Assembly: GCA_000004985.1 (NCBI GenBank)
Contig: GG738907.1
Reading direction: 5' to 3' (one strand)
Origin: Naegleria gruberi
Lineage: Eukaryota
Length of the DNA: 64,000 nucleotides
A program made the position numbers and the translations under genes. The notes beneath the pieces are model-generated. The model was not told the origin of the DNA. It did not search any database and saw nothing but the letters and a program-made list of their open reading frames with translations. Positions 1-10,100 of this stretch are shown piece after piece; the first letter of the stretch is position 1; each line of letters begins with the position of its first letter.

Positions 1-19
1 CTGAAAACTCCACCCAAAA

Positions 20-289
20 TCAGAAGTGTTTTTGGATTATTTCTAGAACTGCCACCTGAAACTCGTAGAACTCCACCACTTGGCCTTCCAGTTGTGGTAT
101 GGAGATTAGTTCTGTGGTTTCGTCTTGAGAATGCACTTCTTGAGGGAGTGTGGTGATGAGTTCTGTGTCCAACACCACCTGTCCTTCTGGCTCCGTGTGA
201 TCTATTGCCTCCACTTCTGCCACTTCTGCCACTTCTTCCTTTGGCCATTTTTTTGATTTTGATTTTGACACAAAATATCTATTTTTCAA
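20..289 (-). CDS. small acidic ORF (89 aa), hypothetical; may be a terminal exon of a gene extending past the window start
   Basis: ORF track only; Glu/Val-rich, no recognisable motif. Confidence 0.15.
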   Translation of the reverse strand: MKNRYFVSKSKSKKWPKEEVAEVAEVEAIDHTEPEGQVVLDTELITTLPQEVHSQDETTELISIPQLEGQVVEFYEFQVAVLEIIQKHF

Positions 290-522
290 ATGTCAACACT
301 TTGATTACATGAGTTCTACTTGAACTTATGTTGTTTTTAGAGAAGTTTTTAATATTAAGACAACATATTAGATTCTGTGTTTGAGGACATGGTTGTTGGT
401 TATTATTGTTCGAGCCAGAGCTCGAAGTCAAAAAGTTTGTTTTTCAGAACAAAAAAAAACTTGGAAAGAAGTATTGCAAATTTTCTCTTTGGATTTTCTA
501 AACGGTTGTTTCAAAACTTAGA

Positions 523-2733
523 ATGTGCCAAATCATGATGAGGAGTACTAGTTTCGAAGAAGAAGAGGAAACATCTGATGAGGAACAACAAGAACATACC
601 AGTCCTATTCATGCTGATGAAGAAGAAACTGCTGAACAAAGTTCCTCCGAAGATGAAGAAGAAGAAATTATGCTAGCAGAAGATGACGATTTATTAACCC
701 AACAGAATAATCACCATCAGCATCACCCTAACGAAGAAGAAGAAGAAGAGGATTTAAATAATCAACAAGAAGAAGCAGCACCAATTATTGAAGAAGAACA
801 GGAGGATGAAGATTCCGATTCAACTAAATTATCATCACCTGTTATTAGTACTCATCATAATAATCAACACAACACATCTACAGCTAATAGCAGTAGTGGT
901 GCTGCTGAGGAATCCATTCAAATTGATGAAGATGATTTAGAGACGCTGAGAAGGGATGATCATATGGAAAATGGTCTTTTGGAATGCGATGAGGAGATGG
1001 ACTACTTGTTGAATGATGAGAAGATCATGATGCCACAAACACCTCTGCTCATTAATAATGATAATTTTACGACGCCAAATAGTGCTGGATCTGTAACTGT
1101 GGCTATGCCTTTTTTGGATGATGTGGATGGTTGTGTGGAATCAAAACCATTGAATGAGAACGAAATAGAGTGTAAATTAGAATGTAATATAGTAACAACA
1201 GAGGAAGTATCAGAGAAAGAAAATGTAGAATTGGCCACTGAGAGCTCAGTTCTACAGATGAATCAGCCAATTGCACATAACTCTGAGAGTTTAATCGAGA
1301 ATCGTCAAACAATTTCTATTGCAGATGAGCAAATGAATGTTTTAGTGATGGAAGATGATCAGATTGTTGTGAATCAAGAAGTAATAGAGAAACCATCTCT
1401 AATTCAACAACAGGAAACCCAACCAAATAACACAGATATCATCTCATCAATTAATTTGGATGAAGATTTAGATATTGAAATGATTAATGACTTCCTGCAA
1501 TCAGAAAAGGGAGCCGATTTGTGTGAAGAACATTCAAAGGAAAATTCCCCTCATGGAGACTCTATCAGTAATCAGAGTATGAATGATTCTTGGAATACCA
1601 ATTACACCACCGATAGTTTAGGTTCAACAATGCACCATCGACAACCAATGCAAGGTTGTACTCCATTGATATCGAGAAAGAACTTTAATCATCATGCTCA
1701 AAGTATTCCACTGGAAGACTTGCTGCAAAATTATGATCATCGAATTGAGTACTCTACATTGGAAATGCTTATTAAGGAGCTTGAGGGAATAGGTGTTTAT
1801 ACAGTCAATAGTTTACCGCTAGTGCCAAAGAAACATATAATGGCTCTTCCAGGTATGGATGATAGATTGTATGAAAATTTGATGGATTCTGCTCAAAGCT
1901 TGGATCCTTCTCAATCCTTTGGATTTTCCACAGCAACACAATTTCTGCACGAGTTTCACACCAAAAGATACAAGGTCACTACTGGATGCACTGCTTTTGA
2001 TGAGTTGATTGGTGGTGGTTTTGAATCCTCCTCAGTGAGTGAACTTTTTGGAGAGTCTAGCTGTGGTAAAACTCAAGTGTGTTTCACACTCTGTTTAACT
2101 GCACAACTACCACTAACTGAAGATGGTCCCTCTGGAAAGGTTTTGTACGTGGATACAATGGGAACATTTAATCCGAGTAGAATTCAGAGTATTGCAGAAA
2201 GATTTTCTAAAGATGATGAGAGAATGACCACCCTCTTCATGAATAATATTTTGAAAGAAAGAATTTATACATCAGATCAATTATTTTCAAATCTCAATAG
2301 AATTACAACTCTTTTGAAAAGTAATAAGGGAAAACCATTCAAATTGATTATTGTTGATAGTGCTGTCAGTGTTTTCAGGTCTGAATATAAGGGAAAGGAT
2401 GAAATCAACATTCGTCAACAATACTTGTTAAAATATTTGGATTCTCTGAACAAACTAGCTGAACAATTTAATATTGCCATAGTAATTACCAATCAAGTTA
2501 TGGACACATTCGATAAGCCACTAATGTACTCACCTTACAAACAAAATACTTCATCTACCATTAAACCAGTTGGAGGACATATTATGGGTCACACCATTCC
2601 AACAAGAATCCAACTTTGTAGAGAGAAGCAGAAGAGAATTGCCAAAGTATTTAAATCTTCAACCAGGCCAGAAGGTGTCTGCAACTTTTCAATACAAGCA
2701 ACAGGTATAACAGATTATGAAGATGTAGACTAG
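523..2733 (+). CDS. RAD51-family recombinase paralog (RecA-like ATPase core with HhH region) and a long acidic N-terminal extension
   Basis: Walker A GESSCGKTQ and Walker B KLIIVDS in RecA-fold spacing; helix-hairpin-helix-like segment (LEGIGVYTVNSL...LPGMD) upstream as in Rad51/XRCC3-type proteins; ~430 aa Glu/Asp/Asn-rich N-terminus; single exon. Confidence 0.7.
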   Translation: MCQIMMRSTSFEEEEETSDEEQQEHTSPIHADEEETAEQSSSEDEEEEIMLAEDDDLLTQQNNHHQHHPNEEEEEEDLNNQQEEAAPIIEEEQEDEDSDSTKLSSPVISTHHNNQHNTSTANSSSGAAEESIQIDEDDLETLRRDDHMENGLLECDEEMDYLLNDEKIMMPQTPLLINNDNFTTPNSAGSVTVAMPFLDDVDGCVESKPLNENEIECKLECNIVTTEEVSEKENVELATESSVLQMNQPIAHNSESLIENRQTISIADEQMNVLVMEDDQIVVNQEVIEKPSLIQQQETQPNNTDIISSINLDEDLDIEMINDFLQSEKGADLCEEHSKENSPHGDSISNQSMNDSWNTNYTTDSLGSTMHHRQPMQGCTPLISRKNFNHHAQSIPLEDLLQNYDHRIEYSTLEMLIKELEGIGVYTVNSLPLVPKKHIMALPGMDDRLYENLMDSAQSLDPSQSFGFSTATQFLHEFHTKRYKVTTGCTAFDELIGGGFESSSVSELFGESSCGKTQVCFTLCLTAQLPLTEDGPSGKVLYVDTMGTFNPSRIQSIAERFSKDDERMTTLFMNNILKERIYTSDQLFSNLNRITTLLKSNKGKPFKLIIVDSAVSVFRSEYKGKDEINIRQQYLLKYLDSLNKLAEQFNIAIVITNQVMDTFDKPLMYSPYKQNTSSTIKPVGGHIMGHTIPTRIQLCREKQKRIAKVFKSSTRPEGVCNFSIQATGITDYEDVD

Positions 2734-3923
2734 ATTTATCTTTTGGTTATTGCCAATCTGAACTCAAAACCTTTTCTCCAAATAACCATACTTAATCTTT
2801 CTTAGATCACCTCTTGGGATCATCTTTGTTTTGATTAATCTTTGGAAGGTTATTCAAGTAAGCAACAATCTCTGGTACCAATTTTTCTAGTGCTTCCCCT
2901 CTAAATAAATTGCATTCTTTGAATAGATTTCTGATAAGTATTGGTCGCTGAGAAAGTAAGTGTTTAGAATATAGATAATCACTAATTCTGTCGGTAAAAA
3001 TGATTCGTCAAAAAACAGCATATTTTCCATAGTTATGGACTTCCTAACTTGACCATCTGAACTAGCTGATCATATCTAATTTTTTATTGAAATACAGCCC
3101 GGTAATGACACTCTTACATTTTTCTCTTCCAACGTCCTTAATAATGTATTTCTTTGCTTTTTAGGTAATTTTCCTCTGTTTTTCCTATTAGCTCAATATT
3201 AAAGCAATTTCAATAATATCCATTTTTCATTTCATTTGGCAAATAAGGATAACTTTTAGGATCCAAAGCAACCAACTTTTTAACAATTTTCTTATCTGAT
3301 AAAACCTCTCCAAAAAAGAGATCGTCTTTTTCAGGGTGTTGTTTAGCTCTGTTTCTTAATCCTCCATAGAGAATCGAACTTGTCACTCTCTATCACTATT
3401 GATCTCTTATCGATCGTCCAGTATGTAGTAATACCACTAACCATCACAGTCCTCGTTGTTTTAATTGCTGGCTTCCTGTGGGCTCTAATTATTCAATTAA
3501 TCAAATAATAATAATAAATTGTAAAAGAAAATAAAAATCAATTTAAAAAAAAATGTCTTCTTAGGGAACAAGGATTTTGTTGAAGATGCACACAAGTGGC
3601 AACAAATTATGGAAGTTGTAAAGGATATGCAGCTTCCATTCTAATGAATTATGTAAAATGAAACCTTCTAAAAACAATTCAATTTTTTAAATTCAAATAA
3701 TTATCAAAAAAATGATACGAAACGACAAGTATCTACCAATCGAGCTAGGTGATCCAATTTCCAAGTTATGGTTATTCAAACACAATTTAAAACTTTATGA
3801 TATTTGTCCCTTGTTGTTGGGATCAGAAAATGCCTTGACACACTCTCCGATCTTATTTTTCTGTAGAGGTTTGTTTCAAATGTTTAGAAGAAACTAACAA
3901 AATGTCATATTATAAAAGAAACC

Positions 3924-4868
3924 ATGTTTATTTTGAAATTATCGAGCGTGATAAACTCATGGAATAATGACAAATCAACACACTGTGAAATTGTAGAAGA
4001 ATTGATCTGGGAAGAAATCATTCCAAATAATGTAATGAAACCACCTGTGGACCAATACTCATCTTGCTATGACAAACTCTCTCAATTTATTTACTTATTG
4101 GGTGGAAGTGGCAACTTGTGGAAATTTGATTTGAAAACCAAGACATGGGCTAATATTGTAACTGTTAGGGAAATACCAATAAATCAAACTGGTCATTCAA
4201 TCATGTATACTAATGGAAAGTTGTATGTTTATGGAGGAAAGTATATGGGCTATTCATGTCTGAATGATTTTTATGAGCTAGATTTGCAGACTAAAGTGTG
4301 GAAAGAACTGAAATATGAAAGTGTTAAACGGTCAGGCTCTAGCATGAACTCTTATTTTTCTAACACTAATGGGTTTAGTATATATAATTTGGAGAAGAGG
4401 AAGTGGTCAGGATGTTTTCATATTTTTCACAACTTTAATTTCAATACTAGAATGTGGAATAGCAAATCATATCAATCATATAACTACTATGATCCAATTT
4501 GCATTTGTTGGCAAGATTCTACAAGATTCAACAATATATTGAACAATAGTTTTTACATTCTTTATCAGGATTCTGGATATTTTGATTCAGAAAACGAGGT
4601 CTATGTACATGGAGAGAACCAATATTTATATGAGTTTGATGGAGATAGGGAACAACTAATTACTCACCCAGTTTCGAAAGAATTGAATTATCGCTTGAAA
4701 GGAGGGGCATTTATGAAAATGTTCAATAATACCATAATTGTGATTGGTTCAAGTGAATTATATCTTTTAAAAGTTAAAGAGAAATCTACAAATAATTTGG
4801 ATTTTTTCCTTAATAATCTAAAAGCAAGAAAGAACTTTGTGGATTTGTCATTTATTTACACTCATTAA
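3924..4868 (+). CDS. Kelch-repeat-like beta-propeller protein (hypothetical)
   Basis: repeated hydrophobic-GG ... W motifs (LYVYGGKYMG...NDFYELDLQTKVW); 5' end uncertain. Confidence 0.35.
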   Translation: MFILKLSSVINSWNNDKSTHCEIVEELIWEEIIPNNVMKPPVDQYSSCYDKLSQFIYLLGGSGNLWKFDLKTKTWANIVTVREIPINQTGHSIMYTNGKLYVYGGKYMGYSCLNDFYELDLQTKVWKELKYESVKRSGSSMNSYFSNTNGFSIYNLEKRKWSGCFHIFHNFNFNTRMWNSKSYQSYNYYDPICICWQDSTRFNNILNNSFYILYQDSGYFDSENEVYVHGENQYLYEFDGDREQLITHPVSKELNYRLKGGAFMKMFNNTIIVIGSSELYLLKVKEKSTNNLDFFLNNLKARKNFVDLSFIYTH

Positions 4869-5117
4869 TAAGGCAAAGGAAATGGGTTTCTACCACCGCT
4901 TCTCTCAACAACAATTTGAGGAACGAACTTGTTTGGTATAGTTTTCAGTTAGATCAAACTGAAAAAGTTTATTTGAAGAAAATGAACAACTGATCTAGAC
5001 AATAGAGCTCTTCCAAAAAATCCAAATTTTCATATCATCTTTGATTTCATTGTAATAGATTGATCTTTCCGTCATCATAAAAGAACAGAAAAAAAAATAT
5101 CAACAACAACCTATTAA

Positions 5118-5822
5118 ATGATCGTCTTTGATTTTATTGCCGATTTGATCTATGAAAAAGTCTTTCGATTTTTCTATTCAATTTATGATAATTTCCGACC
5201 ACAGAAAAAGTTTTATTGCTATTCTTTTGGAATGAAGGATACAACGCAAAGCCATTCGTATGATGGCAACTTAATTACGATAAAGGAAATAAGTCGTCTC
5301 CTCCACCGATCGAATGATATCATAGATAATCCTGATGATCCGAAGAATATCTATATCAACCAAATAGAATATAGGAATTTCTATTTGCAGGATTGTTGTG
5401 TTGATTATTTATCGAAACAATATTTGTATCCGTATTACATGAGAGGAACCGAAGGAATAATTATTGGTATTTCTTGTAACAAGAAAGAAGATATTGAAAA
5501 AACACTAACTACAAAACATCAGGTTTCATTGTTTGATATGGTGAAAATTGCAAAGTGTGACGATCGATTGCCCTTGCCATCTAATATGCATTTACTTTCA
5601 TGTTCTAGCGTACCTGAAAGGAAGAAGGATTTTAGACCAATATTGTTTTTCATTCATTCGGTAGAAAGAAAGGATGTAATTATACAGATCAAATCGATTA
5701 TTGAGAGAGTTATCGAGGATACTGGATATGAAACACATAATACCATGATAGTAGTTCATTCGGATGAGGAAAGTAATTTCTATGAGGGTTTGGAATGGCT
5801 TTTTGAAAAGAGATCTGATTAA
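5118..5822 (+). CDS. hypothetical protein (234 aa)
   Basis: ATG-initiated ORF with AT-rich flanks; no recognisable domain. Confidence 0.3.
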   Translation: MIVFDFIADLIYEKVFRFFYSIYDNFRPQKKFYCYSFGMKDTTQSHSYDGNLITIKEISRLLHRSNDIIDNPDDPKNIYINQIEYRNFYLQDCCVDYLSKQYLYPYYMRGTEGIIIGISCNKKEDIEKTLTTKHQVSLFDMVKIAKCDDRLPLPSNMHLLSCSSVPERKKDFRPILFFIHSVERKDVIIQIKSIIERVIEDTGYETHNTMIVVHSDEESNFYEGLEWLFEKRSD

Positions 5823-6015
5823 TTTTTTCAAAATCTAAAGATCAAATTCACTGTACTTGAGAAGGATATTGTGGCCTTTAGGTAGAATAGTTTGAGTGTT
5901 TCAACAAAGGAGTAAAGCTATTGAAAACAACCCAATATGACTCATCAATACATTAATTGAATAAATCATTATGTTTGCCCAACATATTTAGTTTATTTTC
6001 CTTTCCATTTAAAAA

Positions 6016-7206
6016 ATGTCTCAAATGCTAGAGGAAGATTTTACAGAGGAAGGAGGAGAATTAAATCTTCAACATGATGAGCTTCAAGAACACAATAATA
6101 ACGATACAATAATCAAACAATTATCACCATCATCCGAATATATTGATTTAAATACATCCACTCTAAAACCTCTTCATCGTTACCTTTTAATTGGCTTTGT
6201 TACATTTCTCGTCTTGATATTCTTCGGATCATTGATGGGAGTGATCATCAAGAATCGGAAGAAACTCAGACAAAGTGGTTTGACCTTTCCACAGCCTACC
6301 TATACTCCAAGTGATGATAAATTACATTTTCTAGTGATTGGAGATTTTGGTAGAGAAAACGATGCTCAGAGGAAGGTTGCCAATTCAATGGGTGAATATT
6401 GCAAGGAGAATGATGGTTGTGATTTTGTGGTTGGAGTTGGGGATAATATCTATCAGAGTGGAGTTGAGTCTATTTATGATGAACAGTTTAAAACCAAGTT
6501 TGAAGATATTTACAATCATAAAGCATTGGAAGATTTGGATTTTTACATGATTTTGGGTAATCATGATTATAGGAATGATGTAAAGGCACAGATTCTGTAT
6601 ACTCAATTGAGCAAAAGGTGGAAAATGTTGGATTTCTTCTATGAAATTAACAAAAAGTCGAGATTGGGAGGATTTGATCTCAATTTACTTTTCACAGATA
6701 CCAATCCATTCCACTTTTTATTCTTTTTGGATCCATTGACTAACAAGACTGTCATTAATGAACAGGCCAAGAGAATTCCAGAACAAATGGAATGGCTCAA
6801 GAGCAAGTTGAGAAAGCCAAAAGGAGACGATCAATGGACCATTGTGGCAGGTCATTCACCAGTTTATTCTGCCTCCCAACACTACGATTCTCAACCATTA
6901 ATCCAAAACTTTGAACCTCTATTTAGAGAATACAGAGTCCCACTCTATTTGTGTGGGCACGATCACCAGTTGGGTTGGATGGCAAATAGAGAAATAATCA
7001 ATTCAAGAGAGCAAACTCAATATATTATTTCAGGTGCTGCTGGTGGATCCATCTATAGAACAATCAAGTACAATCCCAACTTGTTTAATTATTATGTGGG
7101 AGAGGGTGGATTCTACTCTGTAGAAGTTCAACATGATTTCATCTTTGTAATAGCCCTTAATGAAAATGGAGAAGAGATTTACAAGTTCAGAATTGACAAA
7201 CAATGA
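6016..7206 (+). CDS. calcineurin-like metallophosphoesterase, tartrate-resistant/purple acid phosphatase type 5-like, with N-terminal transmembrane anchor
   Basis: metal-ligand motifs GDFGR, GDNIY, GNHDY, GHSPVYS, GHDHQ in canonical order; hydrophobic segment LLIGFVTFLVLIFFGSLMGVII near N-terminus. Confidence 0.75.
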   Translation: MSQMLEEDFTEEGGELNLQHDELQEHNNNDTIIKQLSPSSEYIDLNTSTLKPLHRYLLIGFVTFLVLIFFGSLMGVIIKNRKKLRQSGLTFPQPTYTPSDDKLHFLVIGDFGRENDAQRKVANSMGEYCKENDGCDFVVGVGDNIYQSGVESIYDEQFKTKFEDIYNHKALEDLDFYMILGNHDYRNDVKAQILYTQLSKRWKMLDFFYEINKKSRLGGFDLNLLFTDTNPFHFLFFLDPLTNKTVINEQAKRIPEQMEWLKSKLRKPKGDDQWTIVAGHSPVYSASQHYDSQPLIQNFEPLFREYRVPLYLCGHDHQLGWMANREIINSREQTQYIISGAAGGSIYRTIKYNPNLFNYYVGEGGFYSVEVQHDFIFVIALNENGEEIYKFRIDKQ

Positions 7207-7489
7207 GAGCAATTGAATTATTGTAATGAAACAATCTAGTCCGTAAGAATAATGATGAACTTGTTTACTCAAAACACTTTTTAAATGTTCTGGTTGACTT
7301 TAGTGATGGCAAGTTACCGACACTGGTCCACTCTCACTTGAGAATGGTTATCAGGTCAAGTTGGAGTTCAACGTTATTAAAGGAGGAGTAGGACTATTGG
7401 TTGGAGATAAGGGTGTCAATACCGGCATTCTCAAGATGGAATAAAGTATTTCAATTATTCCAAAATATTAAAAAACATTACAAAAAAAA

Positions 7490-9763
7490 ATGATTAAACA
7501 AACCTCTTTCTACGCTTGCGGAAAGGGTTTTTTTCAAGATTGTTTGCCCACTTGTTGTTCATCAAATACCACAAAACTACCAACAAGTGCAACATCGGGA
7601 ATTAGTGAATTGACCAAAATCAAACTTTTCGATCATTTGTTTCATGGTGACGAAGAATTGATCAAGATTGAAATTAAAGGCTTGAATATGATCATGCTCA
7701 CCAAGTCAGGCTCTGTCTATTTTACCAATTCCATGATTAGATATCCATCCCAATTCACTCTTCCGAATAATAATGATGAAAATCATGCTCGGATATTTAT
7801 TGATTGTTCTTTAGCAACGAGTCATGCATTGTTTTTGACGAGGGAAGGACACGTCTATTCATGGAATTTGAAAAAGAAGACTTTGGATGATTGGAGTGGC
7901 ATCAAGAAAGTGGAACATAGCTTTGATTGTAGGATTTTGAGAGTTTTGGCATTTGATAATGGTCAATCGTACTTTATTGGGTTGAATATGAAAGTTTATA
8001 TGAGTGAAGGTGGAGGATTACCAAAAATTATTGATATTCGAAAGATTCAACTGTGTGAAGAGAAGGCATTTGTGTTTGGCTGTGACAAAGAAGAGCAATA
8101 TTTCAAAAAGTTAGATAGAGTGAGAGTGACCAATTATCATGAGGTTGACCAGTCAGATGAGAATATTTTTCTGGTGGGAGAGGTTTATACTTACAGATAC
8201 GAAATGGGAAGTTTTGTTTGCTTCAATGTATCGAATGGTGAAAAAATTGTGGACATGTCATGTTCTAATAACCATATGATTATCGCAACAAATCAGAATA
8301 GACTTTTGGCCATGGGACATAATATATCAGGTCAACTAGGTGCCAAGCATTTTAATACCATGTTTTATAATGATAATTGTGAGATGATTCTGCCATTTGA
8401 AAGAGAGGAAGATGATAAGATTATATTGGCTACGGATGATAATATGACCTTGGTTGCTCATACACGGTTAGTTAAGAAGCAATACATGAATTATCCATCT
8501 CTTTTTAAAAATATTGAGAGCTTGACAGTTGGAAATTTCATTCCATTGATTGAGTTGATCTCCAAGGATTGCTCAAATTTGATTAAGAATGACAATTTTC
8601 AATCCTCTCTCAATGTGGAAGAAAAACAGTTATTTATCAAATTGTTGGAATTTTTTTCTTTCACATTGTTTGATTTTAATTCAATTGAAGATGAAAGCTT
8701 CACAGATTTATTACATGTAGATTTTAAAAAAGATATTAAGAGTACTATAACAACTCTCTTCCTTCTCAATGACATTTCAGATATTGGCAGCAGAATTAAG
8801 GAAACTCTATTCTTAATCTTTGTAGAACAAATTAGTTTGGAAAATGTATTGGATTCATTAGAACAAATATCAAAATATTTGAGTATGAAGGTCTTGACTA
8901 ATTCCAAGACTAGTGTACTAATGGTGGCAGTTAAAGCATGCTTTACATTTATGAAAAAGAATTATCAATCAGTTTCTGGATTGTACAAGAATAATCCACA
9001 TTTTCAAAAGATTGACACGAAAGTGCAACAATGCAAGAATTCCTCACTTTTAGAAATTTCAATTACTTGGATTGACCCATATGAATGTAATACCCCATCT
9101 GCTGAAGTTATTAACAATCTTTACAACAAGGGAGAGTTGTCATTTATTGTGGATCATTTAGGAGAAAGGATAGTCAAGGTACACAAATCAATAATTTCCT
9201 CTAGTCCTGTGCTTGGTACATTGACTGATGATGTTTTTGGAAATTCAGATTCTGATACTTATAACATTTTTGATTTTGTAAGAAATTCACAGGATTCTGA
9301 AGAGGAAATGGTATTAAAATCGAATGCCATTGAGTTTATCTTACAGGCATGTTACATGAACATGAAATCAATTGATAATTCTGATTTTAGACAATTGATT
9401 CATGTATTCCTCATAGCACACCAATTCCAAATTGAACACATTCTAAAATATTCTGTTCACAAGCTCTTAGACCAAATGAGTGTTGATAATTTTGAAAATC
9501 TCCTCTACATTGCCTCGATGGCCGAACAAGAGGAATGGAGTACTGATTTTCTGGACCGATTGACTGTAGAATATTTGAGAAATGTGGAACCTTTACAAGT
9601 GTCATTCCAAGCTGATACTGAATTTAAGAAAAAGCTCTTGGAATACAGCAAGAGTTTCTCCAAGACAGCATCCCTTTCTGTTGCATTACCAAAACCAACA
9701 CTAGACAAATTCCACTTCTCTAGGCAGGTATTTTTCACAGCTTGTAATCTCCAAAGTTTTTAA
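7490..9763 (+). CDS. RCC1-repeat plus BTB/BACK domain protein (RCBTB-like)
   Basis: RCC1-like repeat signatures (RLLAMGHNISGQLG; HALFLTREGHVYSW); C-terminal BTB-like block (ELSFIVDHLGERIVKVHKSIISSSPVLGTL) followed by BACK-like helices. Confidence 0.55.
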   Translation: MIKQTSFYACGKGFFQDCLPTCCSSNTTKLPTSATSGISELTKIKLFDHLFHGDEELIKIEIKGLNMIMLTKSGSVYFTNSMIRYPSQFTLPNNNDENHARIFIDCSLATSHALFLTREGHVYSWNLKKKTLDDWSGIKKVEHSFDCRILRVLAFDNGQSYFIGLNMKVYMSEGGGLPKIIDIRKIQLCEEKAFVFGCDKEEQYFKKLDRVRVTNYHEVDQSDENIFLVGEVYTYRYEMGSFVCFNVSNGEKIVDMSCSNNHMIIATNQNRLLAMGHNISGQLGAKHFNTMFYNDNCEMILPFEREEDDKIILATDDNMTLVAHTRLVKKQYMNYPSLFKNIESLTVGNFIPLIELISKDCSNLIKNDNFQSSLNVEEKQLFIKLLEFFSFTLFDFNSIEDESFTDLLHVDFKKDIKSTITTLFLLNDISDIGSRIKETLFLIFVEQISLENVLDSLEQISKYLSMKVLTNSKTSVLMVAVKACFTFMKKNYQSVSGLYKNNPHFQKIDTKVQQCKNSSLLEISITWIDPYECNTPSAEVINNLYNKGELSFIVDHLGERIVKVHKSIISSSPVLGTLTDDVFGNSDSDTYNIFDFVRNSQDSEEEMVLKSNAIEFILQACYMNMKSIDNSDFRQLIHVFLIAHQFQIEHILKYSVHKLLDQMSVDNFENLLYIASMAEQEEWSTDFLDRLTVEYLRNVEPLQVSFQADTEFKKKLLEYSKSFSKTASLSVALPKPTLDKFHFSRQVFFTACNLQSF

Positions 9764-10100
9764 TGCATTGGATTAAGTGATAATCACTTTGTCCAATTGG
9801 ATGACTGTTAAACAGTAGCACTCAGTGCAAGAGAGTGTGAACTTTTAATGGTACTAACAAGAAGAAATTTCTTAGAGGGTAATGAAAGCAAGAATGAAGA
9901 GTGACGATTGGCAATTCTTATATTGTTCTCTCTTTGCTTTGTACTATTATTTTCTCAGAAATTCACAATTGTTCCGATATCTTTCAGTCAACAGCAAATT
10001 CTTCATCAAAAATTTTTCATCAAATATTTTGAATAACCTCAAAAAAACGATTTTCAAATAAAATTTAAAATTATAAAATTTGGATAAAAAAATTGAAAAA

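Noticed and set aside
1002-1312. Antisense ORFs (1002..1238, 1103..1312) inside the RAD51-paralog gene; similar antisense ORFs at 8599..8907, 12333..12569, 16108..16418, 22423..23081, 23260..23505, 25460..25678, 33206..33692, 40327..40757, 44278..44807, 50490..51277, 52025..52515, 58838..59389, 60849..61145
   Set aside because: They overlap strongly supported genes on the opposite strand. They are short, mostly low-complexity or mirror images of repetitive coding tracts, and lack any motif. I treat them as chance open frames in AT-rich DNA.
3712-3897. Upstream ORF (61 aa) as a first exon of the Kelch-like gene
   Set aside because: Joining it would need an intron of only ~20 bp, which is implausibly short. 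It is left unannotated.
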